DNA of 25,987 nt from Elainellaceae cyanobacterium (lineage in GTDB: Bacteria > Cyanobacteriota > Cyanobacteriia > Elainellales > Elainellaceae), in contig JBIKWV010000001.1 in assembly GCA_044356135.1 (NCBI GenBank), positions 1-25,987 of the forward strand, given 5' to 3'. This document shows positions 24,389-25,987 of this stretch, one piece after another. The translations under genes and the position numbers were made by a program. A model generated the notes under the pieces. That model searched no databases. It was not told where the DNA came from and saw nothing but the letters and a program-made list of their open reading frames with translations. Each line of letters begins with the position of its first letter. The stretch's first letter is position 1.

Positions 24389-24580
24389 ATGCAAAACGCA
24401 GCGATGAAGCGGATTACAATCACCCTCCCCGACTCAGCGGCGACGGAACTGGAGGACTGGGCACAGCAACAGGGCCGACCAGTGGCGAACCTTGCCACCT
24501 TTTTGGTGGAGCTGGGCATCCGTGAGGCGAAGGAGAAGGGAGATTACAGCCCTACGCTGAAGAAGAGCAATGAGAAGTGA
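24389..24580 (+). CDS. CopG-like ribbon-helix-helix regulator, divergent from parM
   Basis: MKRITITLPDSAATELEDWAQQQGRPVANLATFLVELGIRE. Confidence 0.88.
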   Translation: MQNAAMKRITITLPDSAATELEDWAQQQGRPVANLATFLVELGIREAKEKGDYSPTLKKSNEK

Positions 24581-24592
24581 GGCGATCGCACC

Positions 24593-24970
24593 ATGACGGA
24601 CGCAAATCGGCTGGACAGAATTGAGGCGTTATTAGAGCAGGTTGCTGCTTCTCAGCAGGCTACTCAGCAGATTGTTGAATCGAATGCCCGCGCAATTCAG
24701 GCATTAGGCGATCGCAACGAGGAAACCCGCAAGATTGCCGAATCTGCCGCAAAGAGTGTTGTAGCGCTGGGGCAAACCGTCATGGATGACCGGGCGGAAC
24801 GAGAGGAGATTGAATCGCAGTTGCGGCTCAATATCAGCAGCACTAACTCCAGCATTCAAGCGCTTGTTACCGAGGCCCGCGAGAACCGACGGCAGCACAT
24901 TGACTTCCGGGAGCGGTTCGATCGCCTGCTGGCCGAAATTCAGGAGATTTGGCGGCGCATCGCCGGGTAA
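24593..24970 (+). CDS. Coiled-coil hypothetical protein
   Basis: NRLDRIEALLEQ...IVESNARAIQAL...ERFDRLLAEIQEIWRRI heptad pattern. Confidence 0.8.
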   Translation: MTDANRLDRIEALLEQVAASQQATQQIVESNARAIQALGDRNEETRKIAESAAKSVVALGQTVMDDRAEREEIESQLRLNISSTNSSIQALVTEARENRRQHIDFRERFDRLLAEIQEIWRRIAG

Positions 24971-25264
24971 GGCCGATAGAAGCTTAAAACTTAATTGGAG
25001 GAATCAGCCACCAGAACAAACATTCGTTGTAGGATCAGTTCCAATCAAAAACCCGTCAGCGCAGCCTGAGAAACTAAGACGCCAACGGGTTCTGAATTTT
25101 TTCACAGCCACCGGGAGGGGGCCGCTTTTGCTATGCCAAATTTACCGCATTTCACCCCGCTTTGTCGATCCCCAGCAGGGAACTTCATCTGTGGCTCCAG
25201 AAGGGCGATCGGTTAGGGCAAAGGAGGTGTAGGGACGTGCCAGTTCCAGATTTAGCGTGGACAG

Positions 25265-25294
25265 GAAACCGAAAGAAACCGAAAGAAACCGAAT
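25265..25294 (+). repeat. Tandem 10-bp repeat GAAACCGAAA x3
   Basis: Two exact copies plus GAAACCGAAT. Confidence 0.85.
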
Positions 25295-25392
25295 AAAACG
25301 GGGAAATAGTAGGTTTGTACTTAACCCTGATTCTCCTCCAACTCCATCGCGTGTTTAACAAGTGATTGGCTAGTTGAATTTAACACCCAGTG

Positions 25393-25448
25393 AACTTTTT
25401 AACTTTTTAACTTTTGAACTTTTTAACTTTTTAACTTTTACACTTTTA
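25393..25448 (+). repeat. Tandem 8-bp AT-rich repeat (AACTTTTT consensus) x7
   Basis: AACTTTTT AACTTTTT AACTTTTG AACTTTTT AACTTTTT AACTTTTA CACTTTTA. Confidence 0.9.
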
Positions 25449-25742
25449 CACCTGACATTCTTCATCCTGTAGAGATTAGGACTACCATTTAGAGGGATCT
25501 GCGAGCGCTGAAAGCTAATAACAGAAACAAAATCAAGCGGTTTGATTTTTGTCTACTTTGGTAGGCGATTGCAGGGAAGTTGCAACAGAAGTTTTTCTGT
25601 ACCAAGTGAGGGCGTAAAAGAAAGACCGCCGAGGACTTGGCAGAACTTGGAGAGCTGGTATACGATCCGATCATTCAATCTACGCTCGAACGATCTACGC
25701 TCGAATTTTGAAGAATCCATATTTAGGGTCTTGGAGGCCACG

Positions 25743-25943
25743 ATGCCAAACCGATCGATTGAGAAGGTATCGAAAAGAAAAGAACCGCTGGTAGTGCTCA
25801 CGCTCCGTGTGAGCAGCACGGTGAAGGATGAAATTGAGGAAATTGCTCGCAAGGAGGGAGGCACACCCAGCCTGCTGGGTCACCTGTTTCTGACCACTGG
25901 CCTCAATGCACACAAAACGCTGCAAGCAAAAAGGGCCAGCTAG
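25743..25943 (+). CDS. Small RHH-like protein (possible copy-number regulator upstream of rep if the molecule is circular)
   Basis: LVVLTLRVSSTVKDEIEEIARKEGGTPSLLGHLFL; GGAGG RBS before ATG 25743. Confidence 0.7.
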   Translation: MPNRSIEKVSKRKEPLVVLTLRVSSTVKDEIEEIARKEGGTPSLLGHLFLTTGLNAHKTLQAKRAS

Positions 25944-25961
25944 TTAACTAGCTGGCCCTTT
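25930..25961. terminator. 32-bp perfect palindrome over the stop codon of the last ORF
   Basis: AAAGGGCCAGCTAGTTAACTAGCTGGCCCTTT. Confidence 0.6.
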
Positions 25962-25987
25962 GTTGAAGCTAATCCCATCAAACGCTC

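Larger units (their letters stand above)
1..25987. mobile_element. Cyanobacterial plasmid, probably near-complete
   Basis: Rep initiator, two partition-type modules, TA system, resolvase-type recombinase and RM-like cassette; no chromosomal housekeeping genes; dense HIP1 (GCGATCGC) sites indicate a cyanobacterial host. Confidence 0.85.

Noticed and set aside
25265-25448. Possible CRISPR array
   Set aside because: Units are 8-10 bp and directly tandem with no unique spacers; no cas genes in the window.
1-25987. tRNA, rRNA, relaxase or T4SS genes
   Set aside because: None recognisable by eye; a very divergent relaxase cannot be excluded without HMM searches.

Overview
This looks like most or all of a ~26 kb cyanobacterial plasmid. 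About 40 HIP1 octamers (GCGATCGC, counted by eye) are present, and the gene content is typical of plasmids. Maintenance genes: a DUF3854/SF2-helicase (CyRepA1-type) replication initiator, a ParA plus small partner with three copies of a 13-15 bp quasi-palindromic site, a ParM-like actin with a putative ParR, a ParDE toxin-antitoxin pair, and a tyrosine recombinase with a candidate crossover site. Accessory genes: a SprT-like protease behind a perfect cyanobacterial LexA box, an orphan MT-A70 methyltransferase, and a HIP1-poor three-gene restriction-modification-like cassette (SAM-binding protein, Eco57I-like MTase, T5orf172/GIY-YIG-SF2 helicase). The most unusual part is a co-oriented ~8.8 kb minus-strand cluster (24157 to 15342). 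It encodes ParM, ParR-like, two paralogous ORF6N-like DNA-binding proteins, a membrane/exported protein, a multidomain retropepsin-containing membrane protein, an FtsK/HerA-like ATPase with N-terminal TM helices and C-terminal winged-helix-like domains, and a membrane-anchored GIY-YIG nuclease. No relaxase or T4SS gene is recognisable, so this cluster is a candidate relaxase-independent DNA transfer or spreading module. All annotation is by motif recognition; no database searches were run, and circularity cannot be confirmed.
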